Assembly: GCA_963754315.1 (NCBI GenBank) | Contig: CAVWFS010000007.1 | Span: 832,001-896,000, forward strand | DNA from: an uncultured Candidatus Rokubacteria bacterium | GTDB lineage: Bacteria; Methylomirabilota; Methylomirabilia; Rokubacteriales; CSP1-6 | DNA length: 64,000 bases | Direction: 5' to 3' | In this document: in pieces, positions 20,201 to 31,790 of the stretch | How positions within the stretch are numbered: the stretch's first letter is position 1 | How the letters are laid out: each line of letters starts with the position of its first letter | Position numbers and translations under genes: made by a program | The notes under the pieces: generated by a model | Databases searched by the model: none | Told to the model about the DNA's origin: nothing | What the model saw: only the letters and a program-made list of their open reading frames with translations

Positions 20201-21454
20201 ATGAGCGACGACGCAGCCACACCAATACGCGAGAAGGTGGACGCGGTCTATCGTTCCGACTCGCGGCGCGTCCTGGCCACCTTGATTCGTAGACTGGGGG
20301 ACTTCGACCTCGCCGAAGAGGCTTTGCACGACGCCTTCGCGGCCGCCGCCGAACAGTGGCCACGCGACGGCGTACCCGCTAATCCGCGCGCCTGGCTCGT
20401 CTCGGTCGGCCGCTTCAAGGCGATCGACACGATCCGACGGCGTGCTCGCTTCGACGCCTCCCTGGGGGAGCTTGCCGAGCGCCTCGCGGACGAGGCGGTT
20501 GACGCTCCCGGACGGGACCACGAAGACATCGAGGACGACCGGCTACGGCTGATCTTCACGTGCTGCCATCCCGCCCTTACCGCCGACGCCCGGGTGGCTC
20601 TGACCTTGCGCGAGGTATGCGGGCTGACCACCGAGGAAATCGCCCACGCCTTCCTGACCGCCCCCGCCACGGTGGCCCAGCGAATCGTGCGTGCCAAGGC
20701 GAAGATTCGCCATGCGCGCATCCCCTACCAGGTTCCGGCACGGCCCGATCTCACCGACCGCCTCGATACCGTCCTCCAGGTCGTCTATCTGGTCTTCAAC
20801 GAGGGCTACTCGGCCTCGTCAGGGGAATCGTTGACGCGCCACGATCTGTCGAGCGAGGCAATCCGCCTGGGGCGACTGCTGGTCGCCTTGCTACCCGAGC
20901 CCGAAGCGGTCGGACTGCTGGCCCTGATGCTGCTGCACGAGTCCCGGCGCGCCGCGCGCACGTCGCCCACAGGGGAACTGGTCTTACTCCCCGATCAGGA
21001 CCGCACCTTGTGGAACGGGGAGCAGATCGCGGAGGGCGCCACGCTCGTCGAGCGCGCGCTCTCCTCGCGCCGAGTCGGCCCCTACACATTGCAGGCGGCG
21101 ATTGCTGGGGTGCACGCCGAGGCTCACACCGCCGCTGCCACCGACTGGGCTCAGATCGTCCGACTATACGATCTGCTGGTCCAGGCGGCCCCGTCGCCCG
21201 TGGTCGAGCTGAACCGAGCGGTGGCGGTGGCGATGCGCGACGGTCCCCGCGCGGGGTTGGCGCTGATCGACGCGATCCTGGCCCGCGGCGAGCTGGGTAA
21301 CTACCACCTCGCACACTCGGCGCGAGCAGACCTATGCCGACGCTTGGGGCAAACAGCCGAGGCCCGCACCGCGTACAAGCGGGCGCTCGCCCTCACTCGG
21401 CAAGAGCCGGAGCGGCGATTTCTGGAGCGCAGGCTGGAGGAGTTACGCCGCTGA
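20201..21454 (+). CDS. ECF RNA polymerase sigma factor with TPR extension (ECF42-like)
   Basis: LAEEALHDAF, DDRLRLIFTCCHPAL, AQRIVRAK, QDRTLW and SPVVELNRAVA motifs. Confidence 0.92.
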   Translation: MSDDAATPIREKVDAVYRSDSRRVLATLIRRLGDFDLAEEALHDAFAAAAEQWPRDGVPANPRAWLVSVGRFKAIDTIRRRARFDASLGELAERLADEAVDAPGRDHEDIEDDRLRLIFTCCHPALTADARVALTLREVCGLTTEEIAHAFLTAPATVAQRIVRAKAKIRHARIPYQVPARPDLTDRLDTVLQVVYLVFNEGYSASSGESLTRHDLSSEAIRLGRLLVALLPEPEAVGLLALMLLHESRRAARTSPTGELVLLPDQDRTLWNGEQIAEGATLVERALSSRRVGPYTLQAAIAGVHAEAHTAAATDWAQIVRLYDLLVQAAPSPVVELNRAVAVAMRDGPRAGLALIDAILARGELGNYHLAHSARADLCRRLGQTAEARTAYKRALALTRQEPERRFLERRLEELRR

Positions 21455-21460
21455 GACGAC

Positions 21461-21501
21461 CCGTGAGGGCCCGCGCTCGCGGCAGACGCGGCCCCTCACG
21501 G
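21461..21501. terminator. Hairpin between convergent ECF and aldolase genes
   Basis: ccgtgaggg...ccctcacgg stem with an inner ccgcg/cgcgg pair. Confidence 0.5.
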
Positions 21502-21513
21502 TGATCGCGGCCC

Positions 21514-22293
21514 TCAGTTACGGTATGACGGGTCCGTGCGGTCGAGCCGCCGCAGGAGTCCAGGCCAGGCCATGGCTCCTGGACCCTCGCCGGGCTTGCG
21601 CATGGCGCCCATGCGCGCGTAGTGCCCCTCCAGAACGTCTTTGGGGACCGGGATCAGCTCGCCGCCGCCCGCCTGGGCGCGTACCTGGATGGCGCAGGAG
21701 GCCTCCAGGTAATACATGTGAATGAAGGCGTCCGCCACCGTCCCGCCCACCGTGAGGAGGCCGTGATTGCGAAGGATCAGACAGTTCGCATCACCGAGGT
21801 CGCGTACGAGTCGGGGCTGCTCGTCCTCGCTGAGGGCAACCCCCTCGAAATCGTGGTAGCCGAGACTGGCTAGCACGAACATCGAGTGTTGGGAGATCGG
21901 CTGCAGTCCCGCCCGCTGGGTGGCCACGGCTATGCCGTTGACGGTGTGGGTGTGGAGCACGCACTTGGCGTCGGCTCGTGCGGCGTGGATGGCGCTGTGA
22001 ATGATGAAGCCCGCCTGGTTCACCGGGAACGGCGAGTCGCCCACCTTGCTGCCCGAGAGGTCGATCTTCACCAGGCTCGACGCCGTGATTTCGTCGAAGA
22101 AGAGCCCGTACGGATTGATCAGGAAGTGCTCCTCGGCCCCCGGCACCCGCGCGCTGATATGGGTGAACACGAGGTCCTCCCAGCCGTAGCGCGCCACCAG
22201 CCGGTAGCACGCCGCCAGGTCGACGCGCACCGCCCATTCCTCTGGCGAGACCTTGCCCTTCAACGACGGAATCTCGAGCCCATAGCTACTCAT
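21514..22293 (-). CDS. Class II aldolase/adducin family protein
   Basis: RVDLAACYR, HISAR, IHSAIH, HTHT and LRNHG motifs; GAGGAG RBS before ATG at 22293. Confidence 0.92.
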   Translation of the reverse strand: MSSYGLEIPSLKGKVSPEEWAVRVDLAACYRLVARYGWEDLVFTHISARVPGAEEHFLINPYGLFFDEITASSLVKIDLSGSKVGDSPFPVNQAGFIIHSAIHAARADAKCVLHTHTVNGIAVATQRAGLQPISQHSMFVLASLGYHDFEGVALSEDEQPRLVRDLGDANCLILRNHGLLTVGGTVADAFIHMYYLEASCAIQVRAQAGGGELIPVPKDVLEGHYARMGAMRKPGEGPGAMAWPGLLRRLDRTDPSYRN

Positions 22294-22346
22294 CAACGCG
22301 TCTCCTCTCGTCGCGACATGATCCACCCATGATACCCCCCGTCTCG

Positions 22347-23979
22347 AACCCCCCACAAGTGTTGAGTACTTCGCCCTGAGAGCAGCTTGGCGAAGCGACA
22401 CCCGACCCTCGAACCGATAGCCCCGGCATCCAGCCCGGCGCACCGGGTGAACCATGATCGGGCCGACCAGGATCTTTCGCAGCATGGCCCGCGCTTGAGG
22501 CGTCTTCTCGGCCAGGAGAGCCGACACGTCGGAGGTCTTCGCTCGGAGATCTCTGGCGATCGCTGCCGTGTCGAGACTCGCGACCGTTCCCACGGTCCCG
22601 AGAGACGCTAGCTCTGTTTCGAGAGCCCGCTTCGTGCCGTTTCGGTCTGGAGTCGTGACTTGATCTCGTCACTAGGCAGTGGACCCATCGGCAAGCGCAT
22701 CGACCAGGCGATCGATCTTCCCTCGGATCGAGGCTAGCTCCTTCTCGACGATCGTTCGTCGATCCAGTGACGACGCCTGGTCAGTCCGAAGCCGATTGAC
22801 GGCACGGGTCAACGCCAGCGAGACCAGATCGGGATTCAGGACTTCCCGGAGCGAGAGTCTAAGCGCCTCGTCGAAGAGCGGTTGCTTGACCGTGATGTCG
22901 TTGGGGCAGATCGCGTGGCCCCGTTGCCGATGCGTCCCGCACTCGTAGACTTTGCCCCGGCGTCGGGTCTGAATGCGGATGTTCCCAGGGCACACGGCAC
23001 ACTCCCGAAGCCTGTCCAGAATGATCGCTGTAGCCATCGAACCATGAGGCGCGACCCAGGAGCTTGCCCGTCTTCGGCGAGCGAGGAAGCGCCGCCTTTC
23101 GCGCGGCCCGGATGGTCTGGACTTTGTGCCAGAATTCATCGGAGATGATCCGAAGGTCTTCGTTGGTGCTTCTGATCCACTCCCGCTCGGGGCGAGGGAG
23201 ATGGCGCTTCTTGCCCCGCTTGACCACGGTCTGTCGCTGATTCCAGATGACGTCACCGATGTAGGCTCGATTGGCCAGGACGTAGCGAACGCCCGTATTC
23301 GACCAGCCTCGGGGACGTGGAGCCGGGCACCCCTCCCGATTCAGCATCTTCGTGATCGTGACGGAGCCAATGCCCGAGGCGTAGAGGGTGAAGATCCGTT
23401 CGACGATCGCGGCCTGTTCACGATTGATGGTGCGGATGACCCGACGCGCGGGCGTGGTGACGGCGAGATTGTCGTAGCCGAAGACGCGGCCTCCGGTCAC
23501 GTAGCCCGCGTGTGCCCGTTGCCGGGCCGAATCATAGACGCGTCTGGAGGCTTGCCGACGCTCACTGGCCGACGCGAAGCTGCGCATCATCGTCATGATC
23601 TGGCCCGTCTCGTCATCGACGCAGATCTCCGCCCCGCTCATGTACTCGTAGATCTTCACGTCGTACTCGGACAACTGCCACAAGATGTACGTGCTCTCGA
23701 TCATGTTGCCACGCCCGACGCGGGCTTGTTCGGAGAGGATCAAGACCTGAAACTTCCCGTCCTTCGCGTCGGCGACCATGCGGTCACGCGCCTTCAACTT
23801 CGCGTACTCGACGCCGCTAATCATGTCGTCGATGTACACGTGCTCGGGCTCGACGGTCCAGCCCTTCGAGACGGCGAAGTCTCTCGCGTGCTGGACCTGG
23901 CGCTCGACGCTTTCCGACGCGCCCGAAGCACCCTTTTCCTGTTCATTCGATTTTCTCGTGTAAATCGCGGCTGAATCAC
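22347..23979 (-). CDS. Large serine recombinase (resolvase, recombinase, Zn ribbon, coiled coil); frameshifted, no own stop codon
   Basis: AAIYTRKS, SVERQ, YIDDMISG, VFGY, NRAYIG and LRIISDEFW in ORF 22859-24244; CAVC...YECGTH...C in ORF 22672-23256; ARAMLRKIL...YRFEG at the N-terminus of ORF 21514-22593; AGGAG plus GTG near 23979. Confidence 0.85.
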
Positions 23980-24459
23980 GGTCGTCTCTCCTGTGGTCAT
24001 GGGTGATGGTTTCAGAAAGATCGTTTCGGCTTGGGGCTCGTGGCCAGCGGGACACGTCGCCGTGAACGGGACAGGTGAAGTCAGCGATCCAGCACGCGTG
24101 ACAGATCAGACAGCGGCCTAGCTTCTCGTCCAAGGTCGATGAGTCTGGAAGTTTGCTCGTCTCGAAGACGTAGAGCTTCGACGGCTTCGGTGATGGCGTG
24201 GTCGTCATCGGGGACGATGGTCCGCAATGACGAAGAGCAGACATATCAATCGGGGCAACACTTCGCGGGCTATGCTCTCTGTGTCATCCAGGACATCCGC
24301 GAGACCGCGACCGATCCAGGGGTACGAAGCGTCAACGAACCGACCGACGAAGGTCGCGTCATCCTACGACCGGCGAGCGATCCTGATGAAGATGGTGTCC
24401 GTTGGGTGCGCCTCTTGAAGCATGAGGAAGACGGCATCGACTCTGAGGGCCGTCATGGG

Positions 24460-24648
24460 TCACTTCGTGTCCTTCAAGTACCGGGTGATCGCTTCGATCA
24501 CGAGTTGCCGGTAATCCCGGCGCTCTTCGATGGCCCGGATCTTGGCCCGTTGCCAGAGATCCTCCGGCATGTCCACGGTGCTTCTGACCAGCCCCTTAGC
24601 GGGCATCTTGCTGGTCGGCTTCGTGGTCGGCTTCGTCGGCTTCTTCAT
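24460..24648 (-). CDS. Small ribbon-helix-helix (CopG/Arc-like) DNA-binding protein
   Basis: VRSTVDMPEDLWQRAKIRAIEERRDYRQLVIEAITRYL fits the strand-helix-helix pattern. Confidence 0.75.
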   Translation of the reverse strand: MKKPTKPTTKPTSKMPAKGLVRSTVDMPEDLWQRAKIRAIEERRDYRQLVIEAITRYLKDTK

Positions 24649-24678
24649 GGTGATGGTCACGATCGCCACCTGCCCGAC

Positions 24679-25179
24679 GTGCCCGATGGGCATGGTGGAC
24701 GGCGGCGGCTGGGTGTGACGGAATTGCCGCTCTACGGCATTCACGAGCTTGATGCCGTACCGATCACCGAGCCCGTGATCGTCGTCGAAGGTGAGCCAGC
24801 CCGAGACCGAGACGCCCTTCAGGCGCATGGCTTCTTCGCGCACGGCACCGTGACCGAAGCCGCCACCTGTCCCAACGATGCGGCATTCGCCCCGCTAGCG
24901 GAACCGATCGAGGTAAACGGGATCGCGCGCCGACGACGGGTAATTCTCTGGCCCGATCATGACGAGCCAGGCCGCAAGCACATGACGAAGATTGGCGCTG
25001 CACTCACGCGGCTTGGGATCGGCAGCGTCGAGTTGACATGGGGCGAGCGTGACGGGGACGACGCCGCCGATTTCTTTCAGCGTGGCGGAACAGCGGAGCA
25101 ATTGCAGGCGATGATCGCCGCCAACGACATCATGGCCAAGCTGATCGGCAGCGGCCCGGTGATTCACGTCGGCCCGTAG
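24679..25179 (+). pseudogene. Toprim domain of a phage/plasmid-type primase (downstream half, opposite strand to its neighbours)
   Basis: LPLYG, VIVVEGE, VILWPDHDEPGRKH and GDDAADF toprim motifs. Confidence 0.75.
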
Positions 25180-25197
25180 ATGGTTCCTGTTCGCCGG

Positions 25198-25438
25198 ATT
25201 CCCACCACACACGCTTGTTGGGGCCTGCTCCTTTACGGCAGTGGTACGCGACGATCTCGCCCTGCCGATCACGGATCTCGTAACAGGTGATGATCTCGTC
25301 GTCGTGTGGCTCCGGCTCCTGCTCGGGCGGCTGTTCCTGCTCGTGCTGCTCCTGCTCTGGCTCTGGCTCGGGCTCTGGCTCGGGCTCGCCGCTCTCGTCG
25401 ATCGGCGGCTCTGGCGTCGGGTCTGACTGTGCGGCTCG
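25198..25438 (-). pseudogene. Probable upstream half of the same primase with a Pro/Glu linker
   Basis: Manual translation, not in the ORF track: ...EPEPEPEPEPEQEQHEQEQPPEQEPEPHDDEIITCYEIRDRQGEIVAYHCRKGAGPNKRVWWE; the 5' part is lost in garbled sequence. Confidence 0.55.
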
Positions 25439-25439
25439 C

Positions 25440-28400
25440 AGTATGCATGGTTGATTAAAGCTGGCAAGATAGGAGTAGATAATAGAGAGGATTAGTTAAT
25501 GTAGCTGCTCACATATAGGTAGTGAGAGTGGACACAAGGACAGCGGACACGCTGATGCTGGTACAAGCGAATAAAGTTCGCATGTATTGGCGAGTGATAC
25601 TCTGGCAGCGAACAAAGAACCTTCTGCAGTCTGGAGAATAGAAACGCGAGCAGAGAGCGAGCACGTGGAGAGAGAAGCTGTAGGTCTAAAGGCACAAGAG
25701 GTATAGTAGTAGATAGGTATGGAGTTGAGTAGAGGAGAAGGGAAAAAGGAGATTAGGAAAGAGAGATATGGCTAAAGAGATTAGAGAGTGTTGCAGTGTG
25801 GCAATGGCAGTGCTAGTCTCTGCATAGTAGGTGCGCTTTTCTTGGTAGCTGATGCCGGGAGAAAAGAGGCTCTAGGCATAGCCACGTTCAGATCTGGTTC
25901 GCATCGCACGAGCTAGCTAGATTGCTTCTGAGCTTTGTATTTTTAGAGATAAGATAGAAGGAACAAGAGCAGTAAGCTAGCGGTTAGCTAAGAGTGGATA
26001 TTAAACAAGAGATATAGGTACTGGAAACTGTGAAGAGAAGTGTTAAAGATCTGGGAGGCTTAGATTGAAGTGAAGTGATATAGTTAGTCAGGGACGGGAG
26101 ACGAAAGAGTAGATTTAGTCTTAGTCTAGTATATAGTACTAGTGCTCGCTCTGTGTCTAGGCGTATATAGTAGTCTGGGGAGATAGCGGATGGTGCTAGA
26201 CATGGTTATAGCACGGGGTTTTAGGATATTAAGGGGAGAGAAGAAGAAGGAAGATGAGCGAGAAGATCAGATAGACGATCTACAACGTTAGATGATGAAT
26301 TTTGAGTGCTACTGAAAGGTTACCTCAGCGCATTCGCGTCAGACTCACGGACGTTCCTCGGTAGATCTGAGCGTCGGACTATGGGTTTTCAAGGGCTTTG
26401 ACAGGGTTTGAGCGTTCACTCTCGATCTGACACTGTTCGGCGGAAAACGCTTTGCGTGATCGCAGGATGGCGACGCGTCACGCTGAGTCGTTCAGGTGTG
26501 GGCGTCGGTGAGCAGCATGAACGCGGTGACTTTGCTGCACTGGCACGGCAATAGGATAGACGTCTCACTGGCGGTGATGCTGTTGTCTACTTAGAACAGG
26601 ACGCTTTCGCATGCGCAGCATCGCAAGGTCCGGGAGGCGACTCGGCAGAAGAGCGCTACTTGCAAGGCGTCGTAGTGCTCGTAGTCTGTCTTGGGCTCGT
26701 CGCTCATGGCACGCTGGCCCGATCCTGGGGGCCTTCAGACGACCCAGCGAGGACTTAGGGCTATGGGGGCACCCATGAACAGGGAAGAAGCTTCGTCCGT
26801 CCCTGAGTGCCGCGCTTGGCCTCACCTTCGCTCAGCGTGACGCGTCCTGAGGCCACGCGATCACTGACGTTAGACGAGGCGGTGACTCTGGCTAGATCGC
26901 GACGGTGCTGTCGACGGCTCGGGATGGTCGAGATTCATCGTCGTCGAGGAGATCAGGAACGTCGAGAAAGCTTTGGTTCGCGGGGCGGGGTAGGTAGGGC
27001 AACGGCTGATGATGTGGGGTGCGATCGCTAGCGTACGGCTAGAGCGCTCGCAGTGGGGACAGCAGTGCGATACACACGTGCGTCGGTACGTCAGCGATCT
27101 GCGCTTGGTCACGACTCGTTGCAGTGTGGGCACTGTGTTACTCTCTATCACTCTGGTGCTCTTCTCTGTTGAATATACGCTCTGACTGGCATGGGAGCGT
27201 GGTCTACTCACGTGTCGCGACTGCGCTATTGATGAAACGTTCGCTTCGGTTAGGGTGAACAAGACGACTCGGCGTGTGTAGCGAAGGGAATGAGGGTGCC
27301 TTCTGAGTGCGTCTGATCGCCTGCGGGTTATCTCTTCGCGAGCGGCAATATCGCTGAGGGTAAGAAGCGGTGCAGCACGAGCGGCGGCTGTCGCATGACA
27401 GCGGCTGAGCTTACTCCACTGAGACTCGAACTAAGAAGTTTTCTGAGAGATCAGCGAGAACGGCAGAAGCGAGCATGAAGAGGTATGAAGCGGACATGAT
27501 GGTAACGGTCAGACTCTCACATGGAAGAGTGAAGGTTATAGAGCTTCAAGGTTCAGGGATAGAGCGGGAGGCTGAGAGATGGGAGCGCTCAGAGATACAC
27601 GGAGGCGTTCTCTTACAGCGAACACTGGTTCTGAGGCTCGCGACGACGCGCACGAGCGCTCGAAACAGGTGTTCTCTACAGAGAACACTGAGGCTATTCG
27701 ACTTGCTCAGCAGGATGGAAATAGTGTCTGAAACGCGCTCAGATTTAGATTCTACGTCACGCAACTAGTTGATACTAATGATTTATTTACGCTACAGACA
27801 GTACGGTTTAATACTGTGGTGGATCTCGACGACGGATTTTCAGCGCAACGAAGACGAGACGCGATCACACAAGGGCATTTTACGAGATGTGAACACGAGT
27901 TATGTATCGGCGGACACGTGGAGGATGTGACAGGAGATGCGCGTAGGCGCGCAAAGGAGAAAGATGCGGCTGACGAACGCAGAGCGTACACACTGTGATA
28001 GAGTGTGGCGATGTTGCTGTGTACGGCTAGATGGTTCTTCGTTAGAGACGCGGAGCTCGACGTTTGCGTAAGGCGGAGGGCGAAAGGAGTGATGGCTTGG
28101 CGCTCAAGTGTGATGCTAAGGTTGGCGGCATGGTTCAAGCGCGTGATATGCTGGTTGAGCGTGCTTCTGGAGATTGTTTGGCACGGACGCGGTGATACGA
28201 TACTCGACGGCACTCACACCAGCGAACGAGAAGCGGCCGGCGACACCATGAAGAGTTTCAACTCACCGACGCCCGCGTGTCACGAGGAGTCCGCGCCACG
28301 TGCTGGAGCGCTGTCACCGGCACGGCAAGAACGAGGAATATGCCGAGTATCGCTACGCGTCCGATCCCAAGCGCTCCTGTCGCACGTGCAGCACTTGACG

Positions 28401-29320
28401 GTCGAGACACGTGCGATGCCGCCAGGGCCTTATTTGTCCGGTCGATACCTCGATCTTCTGGTCAAAGCAGGTCCCGATCTGTCATCTCCGAAGCCGGGAG
28501 AACCAGGATAGAAGCGAAGATCGAGTACGGACGTGAAGGCATCGGGGGCTCGAAGCCCATCGCTGCGCCTGGGTGGCGTCAGCCCCGTCTATCGGACACG
28601 CGCGGGCATCGCCTGGTTGCCTGGATGACTCGATCATGGCGGGATGGTGAAGAGTGCGACTACGACATGCTGGATGAAGATGACGTACCAGGAGAGCGTA
28701 TGCCAACTCCCAACGAAAGCCGGGCACGTTCAATCAGGCCGAGCTCTTGAGCTGTTGGACTTCATCCGCCGAAGTGCGACCAGATCGAGGCCGAGCATTT
28801 CACCGAGATGCGATCACCGGCCAGCGGCGATCGAAGTCGGAGGGCGACGACCAGTTCAAGCAACAACTTCTTACCGTCCGAGCAGGTGCGCCAGTCCAAT
28901 GAAGCCCCAGCACGCGCCTATGCGAATCTGGCCATTCGGGAGTTCTACAAGACTATAAGCGTGAGCATAGAGACGTCGATCAAAAATCCCGTGCGCCAGG
29001 TCAGACGTCCCCAGGCGGCGACAGGCGTCCTCTAGCACCAAACACCATCGCCCGTGATCGTTTACCAGCCATGGCCCTTGCCGTTCCACGTGACGCCCTA
29101 ATCACCCTCAAAGCTTTGAGGGGTGACGCATCATCGACACCTTCACCACCAACTTCACCCACGCCGTCAGCAGCCGAACGCACTCCGCAACATCCTGGAG
29201 CGCGCGACCGTCAAACTGAGCGCCTCCGCCGTTCAAGAAGCCGGAACGGTCGCCCACTCTAGCGAGGAGATAAGAGGACGCGTAGATCATCGGCGACGTG
29301 ATCGTGATCGGCCAGCCCTC
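25440..29320. other. Garbled low-quality segment; the distal part is probably degraded hsdM
   Basis: Abrupt drop in GC and strong A/G skew (5 C in the 120 nt of 25681-25800); no credible ORFs; faint HsdM-like peptides such as VKLSASAV near 29210. Confidence 0.6.
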
Positions 29321-30748
29321 TGTGCCAACGATGGTGAGAGAGCGACCTCTTCCCAATTACTGTAGAGGGCAGAGAGAAGGGTTCGGCCATGGCGAGCGAG
29401 AAGAAAGCGAAGGCTCGACGGCGGCCGAGAGCCGCCCGCCCAGAAGGGAGAGCCTGACACGCCGAGCCCTGCGATGGTGAGCGGCGTGCCGGCGCCGCTG
29501 CGGGTGGTGCGCGGCGGCGCTCGGACACCGAAGTGCGCGAGCGAGCGGCGCGGCGACGGTTCACCGCCGAGTACAAGCTGCAGATGCTCCGGGAAGCGGA
29601 CCAGTGTGAGGGGGCAGGCGAGCTCGGCGCGCTCCTGCGGCGAGAGGGCCTGTACTCCTCGCACCTGACGAACTGGCGGCGCCAGCGGGACCATGTGGCG
29701 CTGGTCGCCCTCGCCCGCAGAAGCGTGGTCGCCCGCTGGCGCCAGCCTCGCCGCTGGCGCGCCGCGTGGCCGAGCTGGAGCGCGATAACGCCCGCTTGGA
29801 GCGCCGGCTCCAGCAAGCGGAGGCCATCATCGACGCCCAAAAAAAGTTGGCCGAGTCTTGGGATTCTCCATGTCGGAGACCTCGGCCGCCGGGAGCACGT
29901 CTTGAGCGTCGTCGACGAGCTGGCGGCGCACGTGGGGTGGCGCCAGCGTGTCGCGCGCTGGGGGTCAGTCGAGCCTCCGTCTACGGAATCGCCGGCCGCC
30001 CGCCCGCCGGCGGCCCGCCCCGCCGCCGCGTGCTCTGAGCACCGCGGAGCGCAGACCGTGCTGGCGCTCTTGCACAGTCCTCGCTTCGTCGACAGGGCTC
30101 CGCGCGAGGTCTACGCCACGCTGCTCGACGAGGATCACTATCTCTGCTCTCCGCGCACGATGTACCGCTGCTGGCCGCCGCCCACGAAGTCCGCGAGCGG
30201 CGCGACCAGATCCGCCACGTGCCCCACGGCCCGAGCTGCTGGCCACCGGACCCAACGAAGTGTGGTCGTGGGACATCACCAAGCTGCTGGGGCCGGCCAA
30301 GTGGACCTACTACTACCTGTACGTGATCCTGGACATCTTCAGTCGCTACGTCGTCGGCTGGATGCTGGCGCACGCCGAGAGGGCCCGCCTGGCCGAGCGG
30401 CTGATCGCCGCGACGTGTGCGACCCAGGGCATCCGGCCGGGGCAGCTGACCGTGCACGCCGATCGCGGCAGCTCGATGACCTCGAAGCCGGTGGCGCTGC
30501 TGTTGGCCGATCTCGGGATCACCCGGACCCACAGCCGGCCGCATGTCTCCAATGACAACCCGTTGTCGGAGGCGCAGTTCAAGACCCTCAAGTCCCGGCC
30601 CGAGTTCCCGGAGCGCTTTGCCAGCGCGGAGGCGGCCCGCAGCTTCTGCCACCCCTTCTTCCCCTGGTCACGATATGCGGGTGATCTAGCGCTCCCCTGT
30701 TAGGGTGGGCGAGAGCGTCAGGTCAACACCACCGCTGGAGGTGGGCCC

Positions 30749-31790
30749 GTGGGGTTCGTGCCGTGTCTGGTGCACTCGGCCGAGGCGGCTGGTGGCGACC
30801 AGATCCGCCTCGGTCACCCCCTCCTCGACGCGTTCCTGGAGTTCGTCGCGGGCCGCGCTCGGTGGAACACAGTGCTGGCCGCCGCGTTCGATCTGAAGGT
30901 GTTCTTCTCGATCATCGACAGGGACCCGGCCGCGGTGACGCCGGCCGACGTGCTGGCCTTCATCCAAGCGCCAGCGCGCGCCTCGGCGTGGCGCGACGGT
31001 CGTGCGGATCGAGGACGGGGAGCCAGGCTTGGCGGCGCGCACCATCAAGCGCCGGCTGGCCACGATCGCGGGGCTCTATGAGTATCTGATGGTGCGGGGC
31101 GACACCGGGGTGATCCGCAATCCCGTGCCGCGCGGCCTGGCCCTGCGCCGCCCCGGCCAACGGGCCGTGCGAGGCGTGCCGCTCATCCGCGCCCCGCGTA
31201 CCCTGCCGCGCGTGATTAACCCGGACGAGGTCGACGCGTTGATGGCCGCGCTCCGCACGCGGCGCGACCGGGCCATGGTCGAGGCGATGCTGCTGGGTGG
31301 GCTCCGTCGCTGCGAGGTCGTCGGATTGCGCCTGGAGGACCTCCGCCCCGGGGATAAGCGCGTGTTCATCGCCGAGGGAAAGGGCGGGCACCAGCGGATT
31401 GTGCCCCTCTCGAGCCGCTTCTTCCTCAGCGTCGCGGCCTACCTCGAGATCGAGCGACCACATCCCTCGTCAACGGACCGCGTGTTCGTCGTGTTGAAGG
31501 GACCGCGCCGCGGTCAGCCGCTGACCGCGGCCGGGGTGGACGAGATCGTCACCGGCGCCCGCACCCGGGCCGGGCTGGCGCGACTCACCTGCCACCAGCT
31601 CCGCCACACCTGCTTCACGCGGCTCCGCGAAGCGGGCATGGCCCTGGAGGCCATCCAGGCCCAGGCCGGGCATCGGTCGATCGAGTCGACCCGGATCTAT
31701 CTGCACCTCGCCAACGACTGGCTGGCCGGGGAGTATCGCCGAGCCGTCGGAAGCGATCGATGCCCAGGCGGCGCCGAACGCGTGATGCCC
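30749..31790 (+). CDS. Tyrosine recombinase 1 (frameshifted)
   Basis: Catalytic set GLRRCE, GKGG, HQLRH, GH, TRIY across ORFs 30749 and 31002; end approximate. Confidence 0.85.

Noticed and set aside
22320..22380. tRNA at the LSR junction (ggttcga motif)
   Set aside because: No cloverleaf or acceptor stem could be built.
21514..22593. 359-aa ORF as one extended aldolase
   Set aside because: Its N-terminus is the LSR C-terminal region; the aldolase has its own RBS and ATG at 22293.
24139..24678. N-terminal half of the 346-aa plus-strand ORF
   Set aside because: It is the antisense shadow of minus-strand genes; only the toprim part is credible.
25300..25400. ggctct/ggctcg short repeats as a CRISPR or satellite
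   Set aside because: They encode a Pro-Glu linker on the minus strand; there are no spacers and no cas genes.
25492..29262. ORF-track calls within the garbled tract
   Set aside because: Atypical composition and no recognisable domains.
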